A stretch of 64,000 nucleotides of DNA from a virus. Position numbers and translations under genes: made by a program. Below, piece after piece: positions 49,329 through 58,580 of this stretch (position 1 is its first letter; every line of letters begins with the position of its first letter). The stretch spans positions 1 to 64,000 of IMG/VR virus record IMGVR_UViG_3300028854_000012; one strand, 5' to 3'. The notes below the pieces were generated by a model that was not told the DNA's origin, ran no database searches, and saw only the letters and a list, made by a program, of their open reading frames with translations.

Positions 49329-49628
49329 ATGAGACAAATTGATTTAGTTTTAGACCCAACAAATTATATACCACAAGTGTGGGTTCTTATTGAACATGGG
49401 CAGGTTTTAAAATTTGAAATTTTAGAACCATTGGTAAGTAAAGATATAGACTCATATAGTGTAATTAATAAAACTTTGGTAGAGAATAATCTCGCACCAT
49501 TAACGAAGGAAGATATAGATTATTATTTTGAACGATGTGGTCAATCATTATTGGAAGTTAAAGAAAATATTGAATTGATTTGTCGTTATGAAAAATCGAA
49601 AACTTGTCAGGGAGTAAATAAAATATGA
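49329..49628 (+). CDS. Hypothetical protein, paralog of next ORF
   Basis: INKTLVENNLAPLTKEDIDYY vs VNHTLAKNNLYTMTEEEMEHY. Confidence 0.65.
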   Translation: MRQIDLVLDPTNYIPQVWVLIEHGQVLKFEILEPLVSKDIDSYSVINKTLVENNLAPLTKEDIDYYFERCGQSLLEVKENIELICRYEKSKTCQGVNKI

Positions 49629-49978
49629 GAAAATTTGCAACATTTTTTAATACAGAAACATTTAATATAGAACTCTTAGTAAAAAACGAAGATGGTTCTG
49701 TTTCGTCGTTAGTAATTAATGATGAATCATCAGTGTCAAAATATAAGTATAATTTAGAAGAAAAAGAAAAAATTCACACGGTTAATCATACTTTAGCTAA
49801 GAATAATTTATATACAATGACCGAAGAAGAAATGGAACATTATATATATCCAGCAGGAAGATTGATTGGTAGCGGCGACGGTAATGAGTTATCAGAAATA
49901 GAAATACAGAAGTTAGCTGGTTTTACTGTTGAAAAGAAAATTGTTTATGATAAACCAATAGAATCAAAGGAGAAATAA
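49625..49978 (+). CDS. Hypothetical protein
   Basis: Paralog of previous ORF. Confidence 0.65.
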   Translation: MRKFATFFNTETFNIELLVKNEDGSVSSLVINDESSVSKYKYNLEEKEKIHTVNHTLAKNNLYTMTEEEMEHYIYPAGRLIGSGDGNELSEIEIQKLAGFTVEKKIVYDKPIESKEK

Positions 49979-50199
49979 TGAGCCTTCTTAGTATTATATT
50001 ATTTTTATTTATGTGGTGGGCAATAGGTGTCTGTGGGTATATTTTTTGGTGGACGACAGAATATGATTTTACTACTAAGCGCCTTACACTTGCTATATAT
50101 GCAGGTATTTGTGGACCAATGTCTTGGTATATTGGTTGGCGTATCCATGGTAAATCAAATGATATTATAATTTTACAACGTAGGAAAGATAGACAATAA
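49978..50199 (+). CDS. Small membrane protein
   Basis: Two hydrophobic segments, GGAG RBS. Confidence 0.6.
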   Translation: MSLLSIILFLFMWWAIGVCGYIFWWTTEYDFTTKRLTLAIYAGICGPMSWYIGWRIHGKSNDIIILQRRKDRQ

Positions 50200-50209
50200 A
50201 GGTATAATT

Positions 50210-50578
50210 ATGGCACAATTTGATCTTAAAGAAGATATTTTTAACAACGAAATAATTAGAAATAATGTTCGTAGTGAATGTTATGCTCAAAATTTATATG
50301 CCGCTCTTTGTAATATTGGATGGCGCAAGCAAGATATGCTTTCTATGTTAGAAGGATTTGAATGGGGAACAAGTTGGCGTGGAGCAGGACATTTAGTTGC
50401 TGATTTAAGAAATTCTGCATGGGATACAAAAGAAAATTATATGGATTGGTATTGTTCTGGTATTAGATCAGATGATCCAGATAAAAATATAACAGGTTTT
50501 GTTAGAGAAGGAGAAGTTACTCTTGAAATACAAAAAGATTTAGCTGATTTGGGGTGGGTAGTAAATAAAGTGTATTAG
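50210..50578 (+). CDS. Phage hypothetical protein
   Basis: YAQNLYAALCN…SWR..G…YMDWYCSG motif. Confidence 0.7.
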   Translation: MAQFDLKEDIFNNEIIRNNVRSECYAQNLYAALCNIGWRKQDMLSMLEGFEWGTSWRGAGHLVADLRNSAWDTKENYMDWYCSGIRSDDPDKNITGFVREGEVTLEIQKDLADLGWVVNKVY

Positions 50579-50586
50579 GAGATGTT

Positions 50587-50991
50587 ATGGGATTTTTTTC
50601 TGATTTTTTGAAAGCGTTAAAAACTGCTAAAGCTGAACGCGATTGGCAAAAAAAATTTAATAAGAAAGTTATTGTTCCTCCTGAAATTATTTCTGAAAAA
50701 GATACAATGACAGCTAAGGGAGAACCATGGGTTGGAATTTTAAGATTGGATGTTGATCCAGATGATTTATCATCGGGAATGATAGAATTGGATTGGAATG
50801 AAAAATTTATTATTAAATTGGCACGTGCTGGTTATAAAGGAAAAGATGATAAAGCTATGGTAGATCAATGGTTTGCTAACATTTGCACAGGTATTATAAC
50901 TGGTGAGTATGAAAATGAAATAGCTGATCCAGATAACCGCAAAAGAATTCAAAGAAAACAGTTGGATGATGAAAGGACAGAAATTTCATAA
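50587..50991 (+). CDS. Phage hypothetical protein
   Basis: GEPWV…ELDWN..FI..L…GY…VDQWF. Confidence 0.7.
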   Translation: MGFFSDFLKALKTAKAERDWQKKFNKKVIVPPEIISEKDTMTAKGEPWVGILRLDVDPDDLSSGMIELDWNEKFIIKLARAGYKGKDDKAMVDQWFANICTGIITGEYENEIADPDNRKRIQRKQLDDERTEIS

Positions 50992-51989
50992 TGGCTAAAT
51001 TTTTATTATTTGACGCTAGTAATATTTTCTACCGTTGCAAATATACAATTCGCGGTGATCAATCTGAAAAACAAGGAATGTTATTACATACTTTATTTTC
51101 AAGTTTGAACAAGGTATGGAGAACATATAATGCAGATCATATTATTTTTGCATTTGACGGAAAGAATAATTGGCGCAAAGATATATATGCACCATACAAA
51201 GCAAATAGAATAGAAAAGAGAGCAAAACGCACTCCAACAGAAATGGCAGAAGATGTTTTGTTTTTTGAAGCATTTGATATTTTTAAAGATTTTATAAAAA
51301 CAAAAACAAATTGCACGGTTCTTGAAAATGATAGTCTTGAAGCCGATGATTTATTGGCGGGATTTTGTCAATCTCATCCAAATGATACACATATTATTAT
51401 TAGTGGTGATGCTGATTTTGAACAGCTTTTAGCACCAAATGTAATTTTATATAATGGTGTTACTGATACAACAACTACATTAACTGGAATTGTTGATTAT
51501 AAAGGAAAAGCCATAATAGAAAAGAAAACTGGGAATCCTAAACCTGCCCCCGATCCACAGTGGAGTGTTTTTGAAAAATGTATGCGAGGTTGCACAACTG
51601 ATAATATATTTTCAGCTTATCCCGGTATACGAGAAAAAGGATCAAAAAATAAAACTGGATTACGAGAAGCATTTGAAGATAGATATAAGCATGGATTTGC
51701 ATGGAGTTCAGTTATGCAATATCGATGGGCAGATCATTTAGGTAATGAACACAAAGTATATGATGATTATATTCGTAATAAACAATTGGTGGATTTGACA
51801 GATCAGCCAGAAAATATAAAAATTAAAATTTATGAAACTATTTTAAATGCTTGTGTTTCGTTGAATCGCCCAATGATTGGTTTATTGTTTCTAAAATTAT
51901 GTGGTAAATTTGAATTACAAAAAATAAGTGAACGAGCCAATGATTTTTCTGTATTATTAAGTGCAAAATATCCAGCAAATGACAAATAG
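50991..51989 (+). CDS. rnh: T4 RNase H-like 5'-3' exonuclease/flap endonuclease
   Basis: LFDASN…FD…WR…YKANR…EADD…SGDADF.QL…DNI. Confidence 0.85.
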   Translation: MAKFLLFDASNIFYRCKYTIRGDQSEKQGMLLHTLFSSLNKVWRTYNADHIIFAFDGKNNWRKDIYAPYKANRIEKRAKRTPTEMAEDVLFFEAFDIFKDFIKTKTNCTVLENDSLEADDLLAGFCQSHPNDTHIIISGDADFEQLLAPNVILYNGVTDTTTTLTGIVDYKGKAIIEKKTGNPKPAPDPQWSVFEKCMRGCTTDNIFSAYPGIREKGSKNKTGLREAFEDRYKHGFAWSSVMQYRWADHLGNEHKVYDDYIRNKQLVDLTDQPENIKIKIYETILNACVSLNRPMIGLLFLKLCGKFELQKISERANDFSVLLSAKYPANDK

Positions 51990-52356
51990 ATTAACTAAAA
52001 CGGAATGGGAAAATATGGTAATCAAATACCATACTGATGTTCTAGGTAAACAAATACCTGATGTAGAAATAAAAATTTTGTGGCATAATTATACAAGAGA
52101 ATCATTGCGGTTAGACATTTGTGGATTTAAAAGATTTAAAGAAGCACAGATAGAATTTCATAAATATGATTGTATAATATCAGCATGGACTGGTTTAGTA
52201 TATTTGGGATTAGCTCGTATTCCATGTCCATATTATTTGGAAATAAAAAAAGATTCTCCATATCAATATGATTTTTATATTTCCGATCCTGAACTTGCAA
52301 TGATGCTTATGTTCATGGATAATGATTTAGTTCAATTTGTAAAGGGGTTTTTATGA
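51961..52356 (+). CDS. Hypothetical protein
   Basis: ORF in operon; true start may be the in-frame ATG at 51979. Confidence 0.6.
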   Translation: MQNIQQMTNRLTKTEWENMVIKYHTDVLGKQIPDVEIKILWHNYTRESLRLDICGFKRFKEAQIEFHKYDCIISAWTGLVYLGLARIPCPYYLEIKKDSPYQYDFYISDPELAMMLMFMDNDLVQFVKGFL

Positions 52357-52838
52357 AATTGTTTAGTGAATACTTGATGGAAGCAGAACAACATAAAAGT
52401 GGAACATATGCTGCGCTTTTATTAAAAAATGAAAGTCGAACGAAATTATATGCTTGGATGGAAGAACATAATATAGCAAGAAAAATTCCGGCAAAAGAAT
52501 ATCATTGCACTGTAGTTTATTCGACTACACCTGTTCCAAATGTATCAGATATATCAATAAATTTTCCAATCAAAGCAAAATTTAAAGAATGGAAAATTTT
52601 TGGTGATGATAAATTATTAGTTGCTGTTTTAACCTGTCCAAAAGCTGTAAAATTATTTAAAGAGACTATTAAAATGGGAGCTAAATCGGATTATCCAACA
52701 TTTATACCACATATCAGTGTTGCCAAAAATTTTAAGGGAGATGTTCCTGCTGATATTCCTGATTTTGAGATAATATTCTATAAATTTAAGAGCGATTCAT
52801 TAGATACCGATTTTAAATATAATGACAATGATTCTTAA
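52353..52838 (+). CDS. 2H phosphoesterase, Acb1/T4 gp57B-like anti-CBASS nuclease
   Basis: YHCTVVYS and PHISVA (two HxT/S motifs); MKLFSEYLME-A N-terminus. Confidence 0.75.
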   Translation: MKLFSEYLMEAEQHKSGTYAALLLKNESRTKLYAWMEEHNIARKIPAKEYHCTVVYSTTPVPNVSDISINFPIKAKFKEWKIFGDDKLLVAVLTCPKAVKLFKETIKMGAKSDYPTFIPHISVAKNFKGDVPADIPDFEIIFYKFKSDSLDTDFKYNDNDS

Positions 52839-52880
52839 ATAATATTTGACAAACAAACCAAATTCTGATATACTAGATTT

Positions 52881-53210
52881 ATGAATGAAAAAGATTACAA
52901 TTCGATGTTAGAATCAGAGCAATTGGCTGCTGTTAAACAAAATTATTATGCCATTAGATACATCGAGAATCCAAGCGAAAAAGTGCAATTGGCGGCTGTT
53001 AATCAAGATGGTTCTGCCATCGATTATATTGAAAACCCAAGCGAAGATGTTCAACTGGCGGCGGTTAATCAAGATGGTTATGCCATTCAATATATCAAAA
53101 ACCCAAGCGAAGATGTTCAACTGGCTGCGGTTAATCAAAATGGTAATGTCATTCGATTTATCAAGAAACCAACAATATCTGTTCAAATGATGGCCAAATT
53201 ATTGTCTTGA
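52881..53210 (+). CDS. Leaderless early protein made of 19-aa repeats (DUF4116-like)
   Basis: ~4 x QLAAVNQDGxAIxYIxNPSE (57-bp tandem repeats). Confidence 0.75.
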   Translation: MNEKDYNSMLESEQLAAVKQNYYAIRYIENPSEKVQLAAVNQDGSAIDYIENPSEDVQLAAVNQDGYAIQYIKNPSEDVQLAAVNQNGNVIRFIKKPTISVQMMAKLLS

Positions 53211-53240
53211 CAAACAAACCAAAGTTTGGTATTCTATATA

Positions 53241-53327
53241 TGTTGATGAGGAATGGTAATCGGTCAATGCCGATCTAACCTGCAAAACATAGCATATGGA
53301 GCACACCAGAGTGTGCCTTTCTCAACA
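53241..53327 (+). ncRNA. Cloverleaf-like leader RNA upstream of MoxR
   Basis: Starts at predicted TSS of the 53207 promoter; TGTTGA/TCAACA closing stem, ATCGG/CCGAT, TGC/GCA, GCACAC/GTGTGC arms. Confidence 0.45.
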
Positions 53328-53418
53328 AAAGAAAGATTTCCACATTTCCACAGTTTACAAACAAATCTAAATAAGCGATAATAAAAGAGTAGGAAAAATC
53401 AGAAAGGAAAAATACGAA

Positions 53419-54606
53419 ATGGCGACTGGAAACAAGATCGATATGACTGAACCTCTAACAATTAATGAGGTTATTCCTCGTTTGCAGCGGTGTATGATGG
53501 TTAAACTTCCTGCATTTCTTTGGGCTGGCCCCGGTGTTGGGAAGTCCTCGATTATCAATGCTTTGGCCAAGTCACACGGTGGTATCTGCGTCGATATGCG
53601 CCTTAGCCAAATGTCTCCAACCGATATTATCGGTATTCCATATTTCGACCATACAACCAACACAATGCGTTTTGCGCCTCCATCTCGCCTTCCGTCAGAG
53701 GAATTGGCGAAGAAGTATCCGCTTATTGTTCTGTTTCTTGACGAGATGAATAGTGCACCGCCAGCAGTTCAGGCAGCGGCTTATGAATTGGTTCTGGATC
53801 GCCGTTGCGGTGATTATAAGTTGCCGGATAACGTGGTTGTTTTTGCGGCTGGTAATCGTGAGTCGGATCGCGGAGTCACTTATCGTCTTGCTACGCCTCT
53901 TGCCAATCGTCTTCTCCACTTTGACCTCAAGGTTGACTATAATTCTTGGTTGGATTGGGCATTGGAACAGGCCATCAATTCGGATGTTGTTGCTTATCTC
54001 AGCACTTTCAAGTCTTCATTGTTCGATTTTGATCCGAATAGTGTCAGCAAGAGTTTTCCGACTCCGCGTTCTTGGGAGTTTGTAAGCAAGCTGTTGCAGA
54101 CGAATACTGAGGCAAACCCAATGACCGATAGTGAAATTCGTGATTTGGTTGGTTCTGCGGTTGGTTCCGGTGAAGCCACGAAGTTTATGAATTATCTCAA
54201 GGTTGGGAAGAATCTTCCTAAGCCAGCCGATGTTCTGAGCGGTAAGGTAAAGGAAATCAAGACTCGTGAGATTTCCGCTCATTATCAGCTTATTATCAGC
54301 ATGTTGTATGAGATGCGCGATTATTGGCACAACAACAGTGTGCTCCTTGATTCATATGCAGTTGTTGGTAACAATAAGAAGGTTCAGCAGCGCAAGTGGA
54401 ATTCCGATAAGTTGCAGGAAAACTGGCTACGTATGTTCGATACGTTCAACACCTTCATTATCACACAGATTTCTCTGGAAATCGGGATCATGGCAATGCG
54501 TATGGCGGTTTCAAACTACTACTTCTCTCAGTCTACGGATATGACGAAGTTGAAAACTTGGCCGAAGATGTGTGAGAGCTACTTCCCATACATGAAGGAA
54601 ACGTAG
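53419..54606 (+). CDS. MoxR-like AAA+ ATPase
   Basis: GPGVGKS, LFLDEMN, AAGNR, LANR, PTPRSW. Confidence 0.85.
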   Translation: MATGNKIDMTEPLTINEVIPRLQRCMMVKLPAFLWAGPGVGKSSIINALAKSHGGICVDMRLSQMSPTDIIGIPYFDHTTNTMRFAPPSRLPSEELAKKYPLIVLFLDEMNSAPPAVQAAAYELVLDRRCGDYKLPDNVVVFAAGNRESDRGVTYRLATPLANRLLHFDLKVDYNSWLDWALEQAINSDVVAYLSTFKSSLFDFDPNSVSKSFPTPRSWEFVSKLLQTNTEANPMTDSEIRDLVGSAVGSGEATKFMNYLKVGKNLPKPADVLSGKVKEIKTREISAHYQLIISMLYEMRDYWHNNSVLLDSYAVVGNNKKVQQRKWNSDKLQENWLRMFDTFNTFIITQISLEIGIMAMRMAVSNYYFSQSTDMTKLKTWPKMCESYFPYMKET

Positions 54607-54620
54607 AGTGTAAAATAAAC

Positions 54621-54673
54621 TAATGTGAATAGGTGAGAACTTTTGGTAATTGTCCACTCACCTATTCACATTA
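54621..54673. terminator. 17-bp perfect inverted repeat downstream of MoxR
   Basis: TAATGTGAATAGGTGAG-N19-CTCACCTATTCACATTA. Confidence 0.6.
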
Positions 54674-54851
54674 TTTATTCTCTAATCGTTTCTGGACACT
54701 ATACAACCTATTGATTCTAAAGGGTCAAAAATACAAATTTTAACATATTTTGAAGAATAAGATCATTTACTGTATCCAAGTGTGTTTTTAATTAAATTGT
54801 TGACAAATGAACCAAAATTTGATATACTAATCTTGTAGTCAAATTTGAAAG

Positions 54852-55226
54852 GTGAAAATTATGACAGGGGATCAATACAAAACGCTAATAACCACTACAA
54901 TTTTGCCCAATGATATTTTTGGCAAGATTGAAGAAATGAACGATTATTTTCTAGAAAATAGTTATGTATTGGATAAACCGTTTCATAATCATAATTATAA
55001 TTATACGGTAATTCGAGAGTGGAATACAAAAGAAAACCAGCAAATTCTATCAAATATGTTTGACTCCTTTATGTCATTCATTCTAAATGCTGTTTCACCG
55101 GAAATTATTATAGCAGCAATGCATAAAGCGGTGATTATCTATAATCTTCGGGGTGTAATTGAAATGACAAGTTTGCAAAATTGGTCAGCAATTTCTGACA
55201 GGGTATTTCCGCTTATTAAAGAATAG
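54852..55226 (+). CDS. Stand-alone paralog of the MoxR C-terminal domain
   Basis: EMNDY…WN…MFDSF..FI…S.EI…AM..AV..Y…MT.L..W…FP..KE aligns with the MoxR C-terminus. Confidence 0.75.
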   Translation: MKIMTGDQYKTLITTTILPNDIFGKIEEMNDYFLENSYVLDKPFHNHNYNYTVIREWNTKENQQILSNMFDSFMSFILNAVSPEIIIAAMHKAVIIYNLRGVIEMTSLQNWSAISDRVFPLIKE

Positions 55227-55273
55227 TAAAAGTTTTTATTGACATTTTGAATGAAAGTTGGTATACTAAGAGT

Positions 55274-56590
55274 ATGAGAAATGAAGTTCTACATCTCGCA
55301 ACCATTGCAAAAAAGTCCTCAAAAGAGGAAAAGGCTATGCGTCTTACCGATAAGCCGATTCCAAAGGATTTGGCAAAGCGCGTAGAAACCAAAATCATCA
55401 AGGCTCGTGTCAAGATGCTTTTTCAGCAACCATTTTTTGGAACTTTGGTAACACGTCTCCAGATTTTCGCGGCTGACAAATGGCTTCCTACTATGGCCGT
55501 TGATGGCAAGTATATGTATTTCAATCATGCATTTGTTGATGCTTTGGAATTGGACGAATTGGTTTTTGTTTTTGCCCACGAAATTCTCCATATGGTTTAT
55601 GGACATTTGGATAGAGGTAAGGGACTTGATCAGCAATTGTATAATTGTGCCGCTGATTATGTTGTCAACGATGAATTGAAGCAGGTAAATGTTGGAACGT
55701 TTCCAACAACTGTTCCGGGTTTGCACGATATAAAGTATCGCGGTTGGAATAGTGAAAAGGTTTATGAAGATTTGCTGAAACAGCAGAAGAATAATCCAAA
55801 TTCTGGTAAGTCACTTGAAGAAATGATTGACAAGATGCTTGATGAGCATTTGACTGGTAAGAGTGTATCAAGCGAGAATGAAGGACCATCATCTGGAACG
55901 TCTAAACCAAGTCCCGATGGCCCTGCAAAAATGTCTGAGGAAGATCGCAAGCAGCTAAAGGCAGACCTCAAGCAGCAAATTATTAGCAGTGCGCAGATGG
56001 TTGGTATTGGAAAATTACCATCTGGTGTTCAACGCCTTGTTAACGAACTTCTTGCTCCGAAGATGGATTGGAAGACGCTGTTGCAAAGTCAGTTGAATAG
56101 CATTGTTCCTGCTGATTATAGTTTTCTTCGGGTGAATCGTAAGGGATGGCATCTTGATGCAATTCTTCCCGGTATGACCGAAGAACCAATGCTTAATATT
56201 GCAGTTGCATTGGATATGAGTGGTAGCATTTCTAACGAAATGGTTCAGGAATTCTTGTCTGAGATTAAGGGAATTATGGATCAGTATCCAATGTATGAGA
56301 TTCGAGTGTTTTGTTTTGATACTCGTTGCTATTCTGACAGAACGTTTAGTAGCGACAATGGCGAAGATATTCGGACTTATGAAGCCAAGGGTGGTGGTGG
56401 AACCGACGGTGGCGCAATATTCCGGTATATGAAGGATGAGAATTTTATTCCTTTGAAGTTGGTAGTTTTTACAGACGGGTATGTCGGTGATTTCGGTGAT
56501 GAGAACTATTGTCCTACAGTGTGGGTAATTAAGGGATCGAATGTTGTTCCCCCGTTTGGAACCCATGCCTATTTCGATGATGAGAATTAA
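55274..56590 (+). CDS. HExxH metallopeptidase-like + VWA domain protein (MoxR partner)
   Basis: AHEILH; DMSGS MIDAS, GGGGT, FTDG; start 6 nt after TATACT. Confidence 0.85.
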   Translation: MRNEVLHLATIAKKSSKEEKAMRLTDKPIPKDLAKRVETKIIKARVKMLFQQPFFGTLVTRLQIFAADKWLPTMAVDGKYMYFNHAFVDALELDELVFVFAHEILHMVYGHLDRGKGLDQQLYNCAADYVVNDELKQVNVGTFPTTVPGLHDIKYRGWNSEKVYEDLLKQQKNNPNSGKSLEEMIDKMLDEHLTGKSVSSENEGPSSGTSKPSPDGPAKMSEEDRKQLKADLKQQIISSAQMVGIGKLPSGVQRLVNELLAPKMDWKTLLQSQLNSIVPADYSFLRVNRKGWHLDAILPGMTEEPMLNIAVALDMSGSISNEMVQEFLSEIKGIMDQYPMYEIRVFCFDTRCYSDRTFSSDNGEDIRTYEAKGGGGTDGGAIFRYMKDENFIPLKLVVFTDGYVGDFGDENYCPTVWVIKGSNVVPPFGTHAYFDDEN

Positions 56591-56629
56591 CTTTTCATTA
56601 AACAACTGATATGTAATATTTGAAATCTT

Positions 56630-57604
56630 TTAAAGGTCTGTTTCGGCAGACCTTTTCTTTTGTTTAAGATCAAGTGTGAAATTGGCCACCAATTCTTCTA
56701 TTTTTGAAAAATACCAATATGGAATTATAAGCAATGGAATGTTGTTTTTCTGACAATATTCTTGTTTAATTTTGTCCCTCTTTTGAAGTTCTATAAAAGT
56801 TTCTTCACCACCCCAATATGGAACAGAATCATAATGTTGTTCTCCTTGATATTCTATCAAACCATATAATTTATTATTTTTATCAAATACACCAAAATCA
56901 AACGGAAGAACTCGTTTATTACGACATTCATTTATTGTTGTTTGTGTTTCAAAAATCATATGTAAATTTTCAAGTATTTTATATATTGCTTTTTCACCAC
57001 GACTAACAAAACAATTTGGGCATCCATTTCCATTTAAATGATTAGCGGGTGATTGTTTGAAAAAACCATGTATTGGACATTTTATTTTTATTTTGGTGCG
57101 ACCTCGTATATAAACAGATTCATTATAATCAAACCATATTCCATGAATTTTTATTGCATCCACAACAAACTGTTCTTTTGATTTTACTCTATGCAATCGT
57201 TGCGATTCTCTCCCACAAAAAGAACAGCCATTACCATTTAAATGACAGTTTGGGATTTGCAAAAAATCTCCATGAATTGGGCAGGTAATACAAATTAATT
57301 TATAAACTCCAGAATATACAGCTTTTTTATACGAATATTTAAAATTATGAATGATATTTGCTTTTGAAATAAATGTTTCAGTAGTTTTTGTAGTGTTCAA
57401 CCTAGCCTTTTCCTTCCCACAAATAGGACAACCATGATAATTTAAATGATCATGGGGAGTTTGTTTAAAAATTATATTATGTTTACGACATGTAATTTTA
57501 ACTTTTTTATTTGATCTATCATATTCAACTTCAGAATAGTCATATAAATCACCATGTATAAATTGTGCTCTTTGAATGAATTTTTCTGTGGTATAAATAC
57601 GCAT
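56630..57604 (-). CDS. Putative homing endonuclease: three zinc-ribbon repeats + PD-(D/E)xK domain
   Basis: 3 x 'FI..A..IHG..YDY…C..H…P..HL.G.GCP.C'; PFDF…IEYQGEQHY. Confidence 0.8.
   Translation of the reverse strand: MRIYTTEKFIQRAQFIHGDLYDYSEVEYDRSNKKVKITCRKHNIIFKQTPHDHLNYHGCPICGKEKARLNTTKTTETFISKANIIHNFKYSYKKAVYSGVYKLICITCPIHGDFLQIPNCHLNGNGCSFCGRESQRLHRVKSKEQFVVDAIKIHGIWFDYNESVYIRGRTKIKIKCPIHGFFKQSPANHLNGNGCPNCFVSRGEKAIYKILENLHMIFETQTTINECRNKRVLPFDFGVFDKNNKLYGLIEYQGEQHYDSVPYWGGEETFIELQKRDKIKQEYCQKNNIPLLIIPYWYFSKIEELVANFTLDLKQKKRSAETDL
56632..56660 (+). terminator. Intrinsic terminator
   Basis: AAAGGTCTG-TTTCGG-CAGACCTTT then T-rich tail. Confidence 0.7.
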
Positions 57605-57670
57605 AAGCTGTCGTTTCCTCCAAATGATAGAGTAGTTGGGTTCCTACACCGCGAACTACATTATTATTTA
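57594..57670. promoter_or_regulatory. Conserved two-hairpin cassette between opposing TAAATA promoters (copy 2)
   Basis: Same architecture as 43183-43257. Confidence 0.65.
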
Positions 57671-57779
57671 GTCGTTCAGAACAGAAAACCATAAAAATAA
57701 ATTAATTATTGAATTATAATTGCCTAATTTCTTTTTTTCGTGCTAAATAAAGTTGTAACAGAAAAGGAGAATTAATTTT

Positions 57780-58514
57780 ATGATGAAACATATCGGATTA
57801 TATAATGCACAGCATATTACTATAGTTTTACATCAAATGCCAAATGAGGAGCATATGTGTTTAGTTTTAGTAGATCAGAAAGTTCCACCTAGATATTATC
57901 AGGCAGTTCAAAATGTTCTCAATAGCACTGCTGGACAAGAAGCAAAAGATTTAGCTACTGCATTGGAAGGCGTCACGCTTGATGACAACCGAAACCTTGC
58001 TCGCGTTCTTTACACAGAGGGACATCTCAAAAAAGTTCCTTGTAATCAAGTGTTTGCTACACCTTATGGATTCCAAAATTCCAATAAAATGAAATTGAAT
58101 GATCTTAATGAGTATCTCAAGAAGATTGAGGAAGGCAGCGATGCTGCTAAGAAAATGAAGGAATTGGATGAAAATAAAGGATTACATAGTAAGACCAAAT
58201 CCAGTCAATCTTTGGTTTCTCCACAGCCAGAACAAAATAAAAATCAAAAAATGTTGGTTGATCCAGTGGCATTTGCACCAGTAGTAGCTGATCATGAAGT
58301 AGAACGTGTTAAACAATTAGCTAATATTAGTCCTCAACAAGCAAGCGATGATTTGAAAGCACAAGGTGAAAATCTTAGATCGGTTGCTTGTCAACTTCTT
58401 CAACAGGCAAAGATTCTTGCTGAGAAAGCAGAATTACTTTACCCGCCGCTTGCCAAGCGGAAGGCAGGAAGACCTATAGGAACTGGGTTGAAATTGAAAA
58501 CAGTAAAGAAATAA
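57780..58514 (+). CDS. Late hypothetical protein with C-terminal AT-hook-like KRKAGRP
   Basis: TAAATA + AAGGAG RBS. Confidence 0.7.
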   Translation: MMKHIGLYNAQHITIVLHQMPNEEHMCLVLVDQKVPPRYYQAVQNVLNSTAGQEAKDLATALEGVTLDDNRNLARVLYTEGHLKKVPCNQVFATPYGFQNSNKMKLNDLNEYLKKIEEGSDAAKKMKELDENKGLHSKTKSSQSLVSPQPEQNKNQKMLVDPVAFAPVVADHEVERVKQLANISPQQASDDLKAQGENLRSVACQLLQQAKILAEKAELLYPPLAKRKAGRPIGTGLKLKTVKK

Positions 58515-58529
58515 ATTTAACTATAAAAG

Positions 58530-58555
58530 AAACCTAGCCATGGATAGGTTTTTTG
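58530..58555. terminator. Terminator between convergent genes
   Basis: AAACCTA-N8-TAGGTTT with flanking A/T runs. Confidence 0.55.
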
Positions 58556-58580
58556 TTTGTGTAGGAATTCATATATGGAA

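Noticed and set aside
52914-53150. CRISPR-like array
   Set aside because: 57-bp units are in-frame coding repeats without unique spacers; no cas genes
43278-54725. Loose TTGA(A/T)(A/T)nTAAnG motif upstream of two early promoters (~43283, ~54711)
   Set aside because: Only two degenerate instances in very AT-rich DNA; could be chance
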